Below, in pieces: positions 12,091-26,000 of a stretch of 64,000 bases of DNA. The notes under the pieces are model-generated. The model did not search any database, was not told the DNA's origin, and worked only from the letters and a program-made list of their open reading frames with translations. Source of the DNA: Octopus sinensis (Eukaryota). Location of the stretch: positions 19,034,001 to 19,098,000 of the forward strand of contig NC_043023.1 of NCBI RefSeq assembly GCF_006345805.1, given 5' to 3'. The stretch's first letter is position 1, and every line of letters starts with the position of its first letter. A program made the position numbers and the translations under genes.

Positions 12091-12194
12091 TAAGGAATCA
12101 ATAGATGGGCTCGCTCGGAAGAAACCTGATGTGGCATCGATGCTACGACTGCGTCTTTGGCAGATGAGTTTGGACTGGAGATCCAAGGACAGGA

Positions 12195-12231
<37 letters not shown>

Positions 12232-12498
12232 CATACATCGCTGGTCACAATGCGCTTCGCATTGTTTTAGCCTTCAAATGATGCCACCCCGCTGGCTAAG
12301 CGAGCAGGCCAACAGAAGAAAGAGTGAGAGAAAGTTGTGGCGAAAGAGTATAGCAGGGATCGCCACCACCCCCTGCCAGAGCCTCGTGGAGCTTTTAGGT
12401 GTTTACGCTCAATAAACACTCACAACGCCTGGTCTGGGAATCGAAAGCGCGATCCTACTGGGCCATTGTGCCTCCACTTATACATAATACATATATAC

Positions 12499-12531
<33 letters not shown>

Positions 12532-12538
12532 CACATAC

Positions 12539-12636
<98 letters not shown>

Positions 12637-12647
12637 CATATATATAC

Positions 12648-12710
<63 letters not shown>

Positions 12711-12943
12711 AAATGATTCTAAATGAATCATTTTACAAGTACTTTGTCGTGTTGTTCTGTCAAACTGCATACTAGCACTAGGTGTACTAGAAAGGTGTAC
12801 ATAGTGTCATAATCAAGTCCTCGGTGTCATAAGCGCAGCACTCAAGGAGAAGGTCGAGAGGTACAATAGGGGAGAGTACCCAAAAGTAGAAAAGCACAGG
12901 AAAGTATAATTCCACAAGGAGGGAAAAGGATATAAAACCAGGC

Positions 12944-13412
12944 CTACAAGTAAAGTATACGAGATGGACGAAAGATGGAAGGGATACTGGGAGGTGGCCA
13001 CGGATTTGGAAAGACAAGTAATGTTTCTACTAATAAAACAACAAAAAGACCAGATTTAGTCCTATGGAACAGAGACAGGAGAATGGGAATTTTACTAGAA
13101 CTGACAGTACCCTGGGAAGAGAACATTGGCAATGCAGAGGAACGAAAGGAGAAGAAGTATGAAAAACTATTCTAAGAGTCCAGAGAACAGGGTTGGAATA
13201 TCGAGTATTACCACCTGGCAGTGCGGGCTAGGGGCTTCATTGAAAGAAAAATGACAATGTTATTCAAAAGAAGATTTGTTTTTTCTAGCTCAGAACTGAG
13301 AAAACTAATAAGGAGAATACAGGAGGTGGTTGAAAAAGCCAGGTTCTATATATGGCTGAAGCGGGAAGACCAAAGATGGCTTGAAAGTCATAACATGTCG
13401 GCAGGAAAATAA
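12944..13412 (+). mobile_element. Truncated HERO/NeSL-like non-LTR retrotransposon C-terminus (REL endonuclease), pseudogenised
   Basis: RPDLVLWN...LLELTVPWEE...ERKEKKYEKL, in-frame stop at 13173-13175, then LAVRARGF...IWLKR. Confidence 0.75.
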
Positions 13413-14259
13413 CATCCCTAGGCGAGACAGGCTGACACTGAAGTAGCTTCACTGATTGACAGGTGACAGTCTCGATTAGAGAATGCATGGGTTAAGCCTA
13501 TGCGCCTTCCATTGGTCAGTTAAAGTTTAGACAGTGTCACGTGACAACTTGCTGGAGCCTAGTAGCAGGTATTTAAAGGGAAATTTGACAAGACAGTCAG
13601 TCGCTCGCTGACACTCATTGATGCTACATCGAAGAGGCCAAGGAAAAGAAGGAGAAAGAAGACATGCACTCAACACCTCCGAAAGGTGGGGCCCCACACG
13701 TCAAAACGGTAGAGGAGTAGGGGCTCCTATAAAGGCTATTTTCAATGAATAAAACTTTTGTTATTGTATGGTTGTGTTTCATTAACAATTTACAACATGT
13801 GTTACCCAACCAATTAATTATCATTTTCATTTCAATGAATTATATTTTCATTTCAGGTTTGGGTTTTAATGAATTTTCTAACAGGGGTTACCTGTTATTT
13901 CTTTCAGCAGTGTTTAGTGGGTCCAGTCAAGACCCCTTTTTACCAGGTCCTAACCATGCAAATTTAACTGCAAAACAATCAAAAGTATGTGAAGCAGAAA
14001 ACAAAAAAAATTCAGAGGTCATTAGATAAGACAGGTAAAGTTTTACCTGGTCAGAAATTCAAACGAGGTGAATACACAAAATTTATTACAACAAACCAAG
14101 CAGACATAGCTAAATACAGAATACGGCAGATGTAAAAAAATGTGGACCACACCCCATTTCGTTATTATTATTATTATTTTTCTTTTTACAGAATTCCCCA
14201 TTTGAAAGTAGAGATTCTGATTCTGGGTTAAAAAAAAAAAAAAAGAAAAAAAAAAAAAC

Positions 14260-14680
14260 CATTTTGAAATTTCAATTTTCTCCCCTGCCACCCAAATTCT
14301 TCAATTTTCACTTTTTCAGAAATATTTTTTTAGAATCATAATCTATTTTTAAATTTCAATTTTCTCCCCTGCCACCCAAATTCTTCAATTTTCACTTTTT
14401 CAGAAAATTTTTTTTAGAATCATAATCTATTTTTAAATTTCAATTTTCTCCCCTGCCACCCAAATTCTTCAATTTTCACTTTTTCAGAAATATTTTTTTA
14501 GAATCATAATCTATTTTTAAATTTCAATTTTCTCCCCTGCCACCCAAATTCTTCAATTTTCACTTTTTCAGAAAAATTTTTTTAGAATCATAATCTATTT
14601 TTAATTTCAATTTTCTCCCCTGCCACCCAAATTCTTCAATTTTCACTTTTTCAGAAATATTTTTTTAGAAGCATAATCTG
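14260..14680. repeat. Five tandem 84-bp units
   Basis: TCCCCTGCCACCC recurs at 14281, 14365, 14449, 14533, 14616. Confidence 0.95.
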
Positions 14681-14813
14681 TTTATTATTAGTGTCGCTTA
14701 ATATGTTTTGCTAAAATTGCTGTTTCTTTTCAGATATAATCAGAAAAAGGTAATTACAATTCATTAAAATGACAGATCTATCGAACTTTCAAAGAGGTCA
14801 AATTGTTGGTGCT
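14680..14813 (+). mobile_element. Tc1-like transposon fragment (transposase N-terminus)
   Basis: ATG at 14769 reads MTDLSNFQRGQIVGA, a typical Tc1-family transposase start. Confidence 0.6.
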
Positions 14814-15322
14814 TATATCACATTTTTGGCAACAGAGAATCGGATTATGCAAACTTGGGTCATCAACTGTTACAAAAACGGCCAAGAAAGGTTTATTTTA
14901 GCACATATTGGACTGGAATACCGAGGCTTTAAAAACCGATAAAAGTTCAAGGAAGATGCCAGCATGGAAAATGGAGATATGATGATGATGATGATGATAC
15001 TAATAAATTATCTTTAGACACTTTATTCTGTGTTTTCTACATGTACCCATCAATGTCAATTTAAAAAAAAACCCAAAAACCAAAAAAAAAAAAAAAACAT
15101 CACGTAAATTTAAAAAAAAAACACAAAAAAACATCACGTGTCTCAAGGGTTCAGGCACTGGATAAATGGGCAAGCTATCGTAATCTCCACCAACTTGGCT
15201 ACATTCTTTACAATTTTCTACAGAATAACATTTCTGGCAACAGAAAATCGGATTACGCAAATTTGGGTCTGTTACAACAACGGCTAAGAAAAGATTCTTT
15301 TAGCTCATATCCGACAGGATTA

Positions 15323-15651
15323 TAGGAGCACTCCATCGGTTACGATGACGAGGGTCCCAGCTGATACGATCAACGGAACAGCTTGCTCGTGGAATTAACG
15401 TGCAAGTGACTGAGCAATCCACAGACACACGTGTACCCTTAACGTAGTTCTCAGGGAGATTCAGCGTGACACAGAGTGTGACAAGGCTGGCCCTTTAAAA
15501 TACAGGTACTACTCATTTTTGCCAGCTGAGTGGACTGGAGCAACGTGAAATAAAGTGTCTTGCTCAAGGACACAACGCATCACCGGGAATCAAACTCACG
15601 ACCTTACAATCATCAGTCGAATGCCCTAACCACTAAGCCATGCGCCTTCAC
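15323..15651 (-). mobile_element. tRNA-derived SINE family C with 15-bp TSD
   Basis: TATCCGACAGGATTA at 15308-15322 and 15652-15666; tRNA-like head at the right end. Confidence 0.85.
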
Positions 15652-16051
15652 TATCCGACAGGATTACTGAGGTTTTAGATGCTGTTGTAAGAGATAATAT
15701 TCCATCAAAGACCTCAATTCAAGTTGAATGAGAAACCTATTGTATTCACTGCCAACTTGGCTACATTCACCAAATGGTGAATCATTTCAAGAATTTCCTT
15801 GACCTGGACACCAGGGAACAACTATGTCCCTAAATATTCCCTCAGAGCCATGCGAGGAGTGTAGAAGCTGCTGGTAGAGCCTTCCATTCCTAAAAGCCCA
15901 AAGGACAGGAGCTGGGCTATGGGTCATCTCCTTCCGGACAGAGAAATATGTTGGCACAGGGTCAGCACACCAAAAAGAGCCCTGACTTTTACTGACCACC
16001 TTCACATATTTGGTATCAAAAGAGTTGGTCAAGAATTTTCTAATGCTAGCA

Positions 16052-16602
16052 AAGTTCTTAACCAGATCAGGCCGAAACTGTCGCTGGAAGCTAGGATCAC
16101 CAAGCATAGATTGACATATTTTGGTCATATTATGCGGAGAAAATCCCTGGAGAAGGACATCATGCTCGGAATGGTCAGTGGCAAGAGAGGAAGAGGCCGA
16201 CCAAGAACCTGCTGGCTTGACACCATCAAGAGTGACACGGGAATGGACATAGCCAATGCATTCGAGCTTTGGTGTTGGAGAAGACTTTTACGGATTCCAT
16301 GGACAGTGAGGCTCACCAATGGAGAAGTTCTTAACCAGATCAGGCCGAAAATGTCGCTAGAAGCTAGGATCACCAAGCATAGATTGGCATATTTTGGTCA
16401 TATTATGCGGAGTAAATCCCGGGAGAAGGACATCATGCTCGGAATGGTCAGTGGCAAGAGAGGAACCTGCTGGCTTGACACCATCAAGAGTGATACGGGA
16501 ATCTGAAAGAAGTGGCCCAGGATAGAACTGGCTGGAGGACACTGATCCATCGAGTAACCGAGAGTCGACCTCGACTGAGCGGATAGATAGATAGATAGAT
16601 AG
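16052..16602 (+). mobile_element. 5'-truncated RTE (BovB-like) LINE 3' end with internal duplication
   Basis: AFELWCWRRLLRIPW...RLxYFGHIMR...GKRGRGRPRTCWLDTIK motifs; (GATA)n tail. Confidence 0.85.
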
Positions 16603-17081
16603 CAAAGATGCACCCTCCACTGCAAGCAAACCCCTCTGCCCTAACAGTGGCGGTTTATGTATGCCCCACTCCACTTCAATTTTTCTTGGATTACACAAAC
16701 TTCAAGAAACAAGGCAATAACTTTCCAGACAACCCAATAGATTGGTGAACGTGGTTGTATTCTACAGACTGGTGTACCAAAAAATGTATTTGGGGACATG
16801 AAACAAATATTAGGTTACCTGAAAGTTTGTGCCGATTTATAGATTACCTTTCGACTTATTTTAGAACATGGTTGAGTCCATAAAATAGGATCTGACTACA
16901 CCTTATTTTGACTATACTTTTTTACATTTTTCTACAGAAGCCAACATTTAGTCAATAGAGACTTGGATTATGCAAACATGGATGGTCAGTAACTCTTACA
17001 ACAATGACCAAGAAAGGTTTTCTTTCATTTGACAGAAATACTTAGGCTTTAGAGAGTGAATGTTCCATCAAATAATGTTTG

Positions 17082-20000
17082 ATAAATGGGCAAGCTATTG
17101 CAATTCTCACCTACTCAGTCACATCCATTCTAAGGGCTGAGGGGCTCTTCTAAGGAGGGTAGATGAGCCAGGACTAGTGAGACTTTTACACTGTACAAGG
17201 AGATAACTACATTAAACATTTTAATAAATGGGCAAGCTATTGCAATTCTCATCAACTCGGTCACATCCATTCTAAGGGCTTAGGGGCTCTTCTAAGGAGG
17301 GTAGATGAGCCAGCAAATTTGGGTAAGAAAAGTTTCCTTCAGCTCATATCTGAAAGGATTAGTGAGATTTTGACACTGTACAAGGTGATATCTACGTCAA
17401 ACATTTAAATAAATGGGCAAGCTATTGCAATTCTCACCAACTCTGTTACATCCATTCTAAGGGCTGGGGGGCTCTTCTAAGGAGGGTAGATGAATCAGGA
17501 CTAGTGAGACTTTGACACTGTACAAGGAGATAACTACATTAAACATTTTAATAAATGGGCAAGCTATTGCAATTCTCACCAACTCAGTCACATCCATTCT
17601 AAGGGCTTAGGGGCCCTTCTAAGGAGGGTAGATGAGCCAGGACTAGTGAGACATTTACACTGTACAAGGAGATATCTACATCCAGTATTTTGATAAATGG
17701 GCAAGCTATTGCAATTCTCACCTACTCGGTCACATCCATTCAAAGGGCTTAGGGGCCCTTCAAAGGAGGGTAGATGAGCCAGGACTAGTGAGACTTTGAC
17801 ACTGTACAAGGAGATAACTACATTAAACATTTTAATAAATGGGCAAGCTATTGCAATTCTCATCAACTCAGTCACATCCATTCTAAGGGCTTAGGGGCCC
17901 TTCTAAGGAGGGTAGATGAATCAGGACTAGTGAGACTTTGACACTGTACAAGGAGATAACTACATTAAACATTTTAATAAATGGGCAAGCTATTGCAATT
18001 CTCACCAACTCAGTCACATCCATTCTAAGGGCTGAGGGGCCCTTCTAAGGAGGGTAGATGAGCCAGGACTAGTGAGACATTTACACTGTACAAGGAGATA
18101 TCTACATCCAGTATTTTGATAAATGGGCAAGCTATTGCAATTCTCACCTACTCGGTCACATCCATTCTAAGGGCTTAGGGGCCCTTCAAAGGAGGGTAGA
18201 TGAGCCAGGACTAGTGAGACTTTGACACTGTACAAGGAGATAACTACATTAAACATTTTAATAAATGGGCAAGCTATTGCAATTCTCACCTACTCAGTCA
18301 CATCCATTCTAAGGGCTTCAGGGCTCTTCTAAGGAGAGTAGATGAGCCAGGACTAGTGAGCCTTTAGACACAATAATAAGAATTTGGTACCATTCAAGTT
18401 AATAAATGGGCAAGCTACCATAATCCCCATCATCTTGGCTACATCGACCAAACATTGAATCATGTCAGTTGCTGGTTCTGGAATTGGCAACTAGTTTCCT
18501 GCTTTTCATTTTAGAATCTTTGTTACGTTTTAGAATCATTTTAGAATCTTTGTTACGTATTTTAGTTAATTTTTGTTCATTAAAATGGAATTTCAAGTTA
18601 AGGAAAAGAAGCATTTTCGACACCTTTTTGCTCTTAACCAAGGGTCTAGGGGCTGCAAAAGCTGCTCACGACGTTTGCACTCAACAGAGCTATTCAAGGG
18701 AAAAGACCTAATCAGCAGCCTGGTTTTCTCCTGTACAATGCCTGCCCTCATATCGCCAATACGACCAAGGAAGCCATTCAAACGCATGGCTGGGAAGTGC
18801 AGCCACATCCGAAGTACTCTCCTTATTTGGCAACAACAGATTTGAGAGTGTTATAACAGTGAATATTCCATCAAATAATGTTTGATAAAAGGCAAGCTAT
18901 TGCAATTCTCACCAACTCAGTTACATCCATTCTAAGGGCTGAGGAGCTCTTCTAAAGAGGGTAGATGAGCCAGGACTAGTGAGACTTTGACACTGTACGA
19001 GGAGATAACTACATTAAACATTTTAATAAATGGGCAAGCTATTGCAATTCTCACCAACTCAGACACATCCATTCTAAGGGCTTAGGGGCCCTTCTAAGGA
19101 GGGTAGATGAGCCAGGACTAGTGAGACTTTTACACTGTACAAGGAGATAACTACATTAAACATTTTAATAAATGGGCAAGCTATTGCAATTCTCACCAAC
19201 TCATTTACATCCATTCTAAGGGCTTAGGGGCTCTTCTAAGGAGGGTAGATGAGCCAGGACTAGTGAGACATTTACACTGTACAAGGAGATATCTACATCC
19301 AGTATTTTGATAAATGGGCAAGCTATTGCAATTCTCAGAATACTAAGTATTTGGTACCATTCAAGTTAATAAATGGGCAAGCTACCATAATCCCCATCAT
19401 CTTGGCTACATCGACCAAACATTGAATCATGTCAGTTGCTGGTTCTGGAATTGGCAACTAGTTTCCTGCTTTTCAATTTAGAATCTTTGTTACGTTTTAG
19501 AATCATTTTAGAATCTTTGTTACGTATTTTAGTTAATTTTTGCTTATTTATAGTTCATCAAAATGGAATTTCAAGTTAAGGAAAAGAAGCATTTTTGACA
19601 CCTTTTTGCTTTTAATCAACGGTCTAGCGGCTGCAAAAGCGGCTCACGACATTTGCACTCAACAGAGCTATTCAAGAGAAGAGACCTAATCAGCAGCCTG
19701 GAGTTCTCCTGTACGACAATGCCTGCCCTCATATCGCCAATACGACCAAGGAAGCCATTCAAACGCATGGCTGGGAAGTGCAGCCACATCCAAAGTACTC
19801 TCCTTATTTGGCAACAACAGATTTGAGAGTGTTATAACAGTGAATGTTCCATCAAATAATGTTTGATAAAAGGGCAAGCTATTGCAATTCTCACCAACTC
19901 AGTTACATCCATTCTAAGGGCTGAGGGGCTCTTCTAAGGAGGGTAGATGAGCCAGGACTAGTGAGACTTTGACACTGTACAAGGAGATATCTACATCCAG

Positions 20001-23000
20001 TATTTTGATAAATGGGCAAGCTATTGCAATTCTCACCAACTCAGTCACATCCATTCTAAGGGCTGAGGGGCTCTTCTAAGGAGGGTAGATGAGCCAGGTC
20101 TAGTGAGACTTTGACACTGTACAAGGAGATAACTACATTAAACATTTTAATAAATGGGCAAGCTATTGCAATTCTCTCCAACTCAGTCACATCCATTCTA
20201 AGGGCTTCAGGGCTCTTCTAAGGAGGGTAGATGAGCCAGGACTAGTGAGCCTTTAGACACAATAATAAGAATTTGGAACCATTCAAATTAATAAATGGGC
20301 AAGCTACCATAATCCCCATCATCTTGGCTACATCGACCAAACATTGAATCATGTCAGTTGCTGGTTCTGGAATTGGCAACTAGTTTCCTGCTTTTCATTT
20401 TGGAATCTTGTTACGTTTTAGAATCATTTTAGAATCTTTGTTACGTATTTTAGTTAATTTTTGCTTATTTATAGTTCATCAAAATGGAATTTCAAGTTAA
20501 GAAAAAGAAGCATTTTCGACACCTTTTTGCTTTTAATCAAAGGTCTAGCGGCTGCAAAAGCAGCTCACGACGTTTGCACTCAACAGAGCTATTCAAGAGA
20601 AAAGACCTAATCAGCAGTCTGGAGTTCTCCTGTACGACAATGCCAGCCCTCATATCGCCAATACGACCAAGGAAGCCATTCAAACGCATGGCTGGGAAGT
20701 GCAGCCACATCCGAAGTACTCTCCTTATTTGGCAACAACAGATTTGAGAGTGTTATAACAATGAATGTTCCATCAAATAATGTTTGATAAAAGGGCAAGC
20801 TATTGCAATTCTCACCAACTCAGTTACATCCATTCTAAGGGCTGAGGGGCTCTTCTAAAGAGGGTAGATGAGCCAGGACTAGTGAGACTTTGACACTGTA
20901 CGAGGAGATAACTACATTAAACATTTTAATAAATGGGCAAGCTATTGCAATTCTCACCAACTCAGTCACATCCATTCTAAGGGCTTAGGGGCCCTTCTAA
21001 GGAGGGTAGATGAGCCAGGACAAGTGAGACTTTTACACTGTACAAGGAGATAACTACATTAAACATTTTAATATATGGGCAAGCTATTGCAATTCTCACC
21101 AACTCATTTACATCCATTCTAAGGGCTTAGGGGCTCTTCTAAGGAGGGTAGATGAGCCAGGACTAGTGAGACTTTTACACTGTACAAGGAGATAACTACA
21201 TTAAACATTTTAATAAATGGGCAAGCTATTGCAATTCTCTCCAACTCAGTCACATCCATTCTAAGGGCTTCAGGGCTCTTCTAAGGAGGGTAGATGAGCC
21301 AGGACTAGTGAGCCTTTAGACACAATAATAAGAATTTGGAACTATTCAAATTAATAAATGGGCAAGCTACCATAATCCCCATCATCTTGGCTACATCGAC
21401 CAAACATTGAATCATGTCAGTTGCTGGTTCTGGAATTGGCAACTAGTTTCCTGCTTTTCATTTTAGAATCTTTGTTACGTTTTAGAATCATTTTAGAATC
21501 TTTGTTACGTATTTTAGTTAATTTTTGCTTATTTATAGTTCATCTAAATGGAATTTCAAGTTAAGGAAAAGAAGCATTTTTGACACTTTTTGCTTTTAAT
21601 CAAGGGTCTAGCGGCTGCAAAAGCGGCTCACGACATTTGCACTCAACAGATCTATTCAAGAGAAAAGACCTAATCAGCAGCCTGGAGTTCTCCTGTACGA
21701 CAATGCCTGCCCTCATATCGCCAATACGACCAAGGAAGCCATTCAAACGCATGGCTGGGAAGTGCAGCCACATCCAAAGTACTCTCCTTATTTGGCAACA
21801 ACAGATTTGAGAGTGTTATAACAGTGAATGTTCCATCAAATAATGTTTGATAAAAGGGCAAGCTATTGCAATTCTCACCAACTCAGTTACATCCATTCTA
21901 AGGGCTGAGGGGCTCTTCTAAGGAGGGTAGATGATCCAGGACTAGTGAGACTTTGACACTGTACAAGGAGATATCTACATCCAGTATTTTGATAAATGGG
22001 CAAGCTATTGCAATTCTCACCAACTCAGTCACATCCATTCTAAGGGCTGAGGGGCTCTTCTAAGGAGGGTAGATGAGCCAGGACTAGTGAGACTTTTACA
22101 CTGTACAAGGAGATAACTACATTAAACATTTTAATAAATGGGCAAGCTATTGCAATTCTCTCCAACTCAGTCACATCCATTCTAAGGGCTTCAGGGCTCT
22201 TCTAAGGAGGGTAGATGAGCCAGGACTAGTGAGCCTTTAGACACAATAATAAGAATTTGGAACCATTCAAATTAATAAATGGGCAAGCTACCATAATCCC
22301 CATCATCTTGGCTACATCGACCAAACATTGAATCATGTCAGTTGCTGGTTCTGGAATTGGCAACTAGTTTCCTGCTTTTCATTTTAGAATCTTTGTTACG
22401 TTTTAGAATCATTTTAGAATCTTTGTTACGTATTTTAGTTAATTTTTGCTTATTTATAGTTCATCAAAATGGAATTTCAAGTTAAGAAAAAGAAGCATTT
22501 TCGACACCTTTTTGCTTTTAATCAAAGGTCTAGGGGCTGCAAAAGCAGCTCACGACATTTGCACTCAACAGAGCTATTCAAGAGAAAAGACCTAATCAGC
22601 AGCCTGGAGTTCTCCTGTACGACAATGCCTGCCCTCATATCGCCAATACGACCAAGGAAGCCATTCAAACGCATGGCTGGGAAGTGCAGCCACATCCGAA
22701 GTACTCTCCTTATTTGGCAACAACAGATTTGAGAGTGTTATAACAGTGAATGTTCCATCAAATAATGTTTGATAAAAGGGCAAGCTATTGCAATTCTCAC
22801 CAACTCAGTTACATCCATTCTAAGGGCTGAGGGGCTCTTCTAAGGAGGGTAGATGAGCCAGGACTAGTGAGACTTTGACACTGTACAAGGAGATAACTAC
22901 ATTAAACATTTTAATAAATGGGCAAGCTATTGCAATTCTCACCAACTCAGTCACATCCATTCTAAGGGCTTCAGGGCTCTTCTAAGGAGGGTAGATGAGC

Positions 23001-26000
23001 CAGGACTAGTGAGCCTTTAGACACAATAATAAGAATTTGGAACAATTCAAATTAATAAATGGGCAAGCTACCATAATCCCCATCATCTTGGCTACATCGA
23101 CCAAACATTGAATCATGTCAGTTGCTGGTTCTGGAATTGGCAACTAGTTTCCTGCTTTTCATTTTAGAATCTTTGTTACGTTTTAGAATCATTTTAGAAT
23201 CTTTGTTACGTATTTTAGTTAATTTTTGCTTATTTATAGTTCATCAAAATGGAATTTCAAGTTAAGAAAAAGAAGCATTTTCGACACCTTTTTGCTTTTA
23301 ATCAAAGGTCTAGGGGCTGCAAAAGCAGCTCACGACATTTGCACTCAACAGAGCTATTCAAGAGAAAAGACCTAATCAGCAGCCTGGAGTTCTCCTGTAC
23401 GACAATGCCTGCCCTCATATCGCCAATACGACCAAGGAAGCCATTCAAACGCATGGCTGGGAAGTGCAGCCACATCCGAAGTACTCTCCTTATTTGGCAA
23501 CAACAGATTTGAGAGTGTTATAACAGTGAATGTTCCATCAAATAATGTTTGATAAAAGGGCAAGCTATTGCAATTCTCACCAACTCAGTTACATCCATTC
23601 TAAGGGCTGAGGGGCTCTTCTAAGGAGGGTAGATGAGCCAGGACTAGTGAGACTTTGACACTGTACAAGGAGATAACTACATTAAACATTTTAATAAATG
23701 GGCAAGCTATTGCAATTCTCACCAACTCAGTCACATCCATTCTAAGGGCTTCAGGGCTCTCTAAGGAGGGTAGATGAGCCAGGACTAGTGAGCCTTTAGA
23801 CACAATAATAGGAATTTGGAACAATTCAAATTAATAAATGGGCAAGCTACCATAATCCCCATCATCTTGGCTACATCGACCAAACATTGAATCATGTCAG
23901 TTGCTGGTTCTGGAATTGGCAACTAGTTTCCTGCTTTTCATTTTAGAATCTTTGTTACGTTTTAGAATCATTTTAGAATCTTTGTTACGTATTTTAGTTA
24001 ATTTTTGCTTATTTATAGTTCATCAAAATGGAATTTCAAGTTAAGAAAAAGAAGCATTTTCGACACCTTTTTGCTTTTAATCAAAGTCTAGGGGCTGCAA
24101 AAGCAGCTCACGACATTTGCACTCAACAGAGCTATTCAAGAGAAAAGACCTAATCAGCAGGCTGGAGTTCTCCTGTACGACAATGCCTGCCCTCATATCG
24201 CCAAAACGACCAAGGAAGCCATTCAAACGCATGGCTGGGAAGTGCAGCCACATCCGAAGTACTCTCCTTATTTGGCAATAACAGATTTGAGAGTGTTATA
24301 ACAGTGAATGTTCCATCAAATAATGTTTGATAAAAGGGCAAGCTATTGCAATTCTCACCAACTCAGTTACATCCATTCTAAGGGCTGAGGGGCTCTTCTA
24401 AGGAGGGTAGATGAGCCAGGACTAGTGAGACTTTGACACTGTACAAGGAGATAACTACATTAAACATTTTAATAAATGGGCAAGCTATTGCAATTCTCAC
24501 CAACTCAGTCACATCCATTCTAAGGGCTTAGGGGCCCTTCTAAGGAGGGTAGATGAGCCAGGACTAGTGAGACATTTACACTGTACAAGGAGATATCTAC
24601 ATCCAGTATTTTGATAAATGGGCAAGCTATTGCAATTCTCACCAACTCTGTTACATCCATTCTAAGGGCTTAGGGGCTCTTCTAAGGAGGATAGATGAGC
24701 CAGGACTAGTGAGCCTTTAGACACAATAATAAGAATTTGGTACCATTCAAATTAATAAATGGGCAAGCTACCATAATCGCCATTATCTTGGCTACATCGA
24801 CCAAACATTGAATCATGTCAGTTGCTGGTTCTGGAATTGGCAACTAGTTTCCTGCTTTTCATTTTAGAATCTTTGTTACGTTTTAGAATCATTTTAGAAT
24901 CTTTGTTACGTATTTTAGTTAATTTTTGCTTATTTATAGTTCATCAAAATGGAATTTCAAGTTAAGGAAAAGAAGCATTTTCGACACCGTTTTACTTGTA
25001 ATCAAGGGTCTAGGGGCTGCAAAAGCGGCTCACGACATTTGCACTCAACAGAGCTATTCGAGAGAAAAGACCTAATCAGCAGCCTGGAGTTCTCCTGTAC
25101 GACAATGCCTGCCCTCATATCGCCAATACGACCAAGGAAGCCATTCAAACGCATGGCTGGGAAGTGCAGCCACATCCGAAGTACTCTCCTTATTTGGCAA
25201 CAACAGATTTGAGAGTGTTATAACAGTGAATATTCCATCAAATAATGTTTGATAAATGGGCAAGCTATTGCAATTCTCACCTACTCAGTCACATCCATTC
25301 TAAGGGCTTAGGGGCCCTTCTAAGGAGGGTAGATGAGCCAGGACTAGTGAGACTTTGACACTGTACAAGGAGATAACTACATTAAACATTTTAATAAATG
25401 GGCAAGCTATTGCAATTCTCACCAACTCAGTCAAATCCATTCTAAGGGCTTAGGGGCTCTTCTAAGGAGGGTAGACGAGCCAGCAAATTTGGGTAAGAAG
25501 AGTTTCCTTCAGCTCATATCTGAAAGGATTAGTGAGATTTTGACACTGTACAAGGTGATATCTACGTCAAACATTTAAATAAATGGGCAAGCTATTGCAA
25601 TTCTCACCAACTCTGTTACATCCATTCTAAGGGCTGGGGGGCTCTTCTAAGGAGGGTAGATGAATCAGGACTAGTGAGACTTTGACACTGTACAAGGAGA
25701 TAACTACATTAAACATTTTAATAAATGGGCAAGCTATTGCAATTCTCACCAACTCAGTCACATCCATTCTAAGGGCTTAGGGGCCCTTCTAAGGAGGGTA
25801 GATGAGCCAGGACTAGACATTTACACTGTACAAGGAGATATCTAAATCCAGTATTTTGATAAATGGGCAAGCTATTGCAATTCTCACCAACTCTGTTACA
25901 TCTATTCTAAGGGCTTAGGGGCTCTTCTAAGTAGGGTAGATGAGCCAGGACTAGTGAGCCTTTAGACACAATAATAAGAATTTGGTACCATTCAAATTAA

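Noticed and set aside
14734-14749. 16-nt micro-exon in phase with the TM exon donor
   Set aside because: Lies within the Tc1 relic, immediately upstream of the transposase ATG
17082-17223. Twister or hammerhead ribozyme in the 142-bp monomer (AAGGGC/GCCCTT hairpin, GGAGGG) or in the 148-bp unit
   Set aside because: No CTGANGA...GAAA core and no twister GTCCCAAGCC-type/pseudoknot pairing found by eye on either strand
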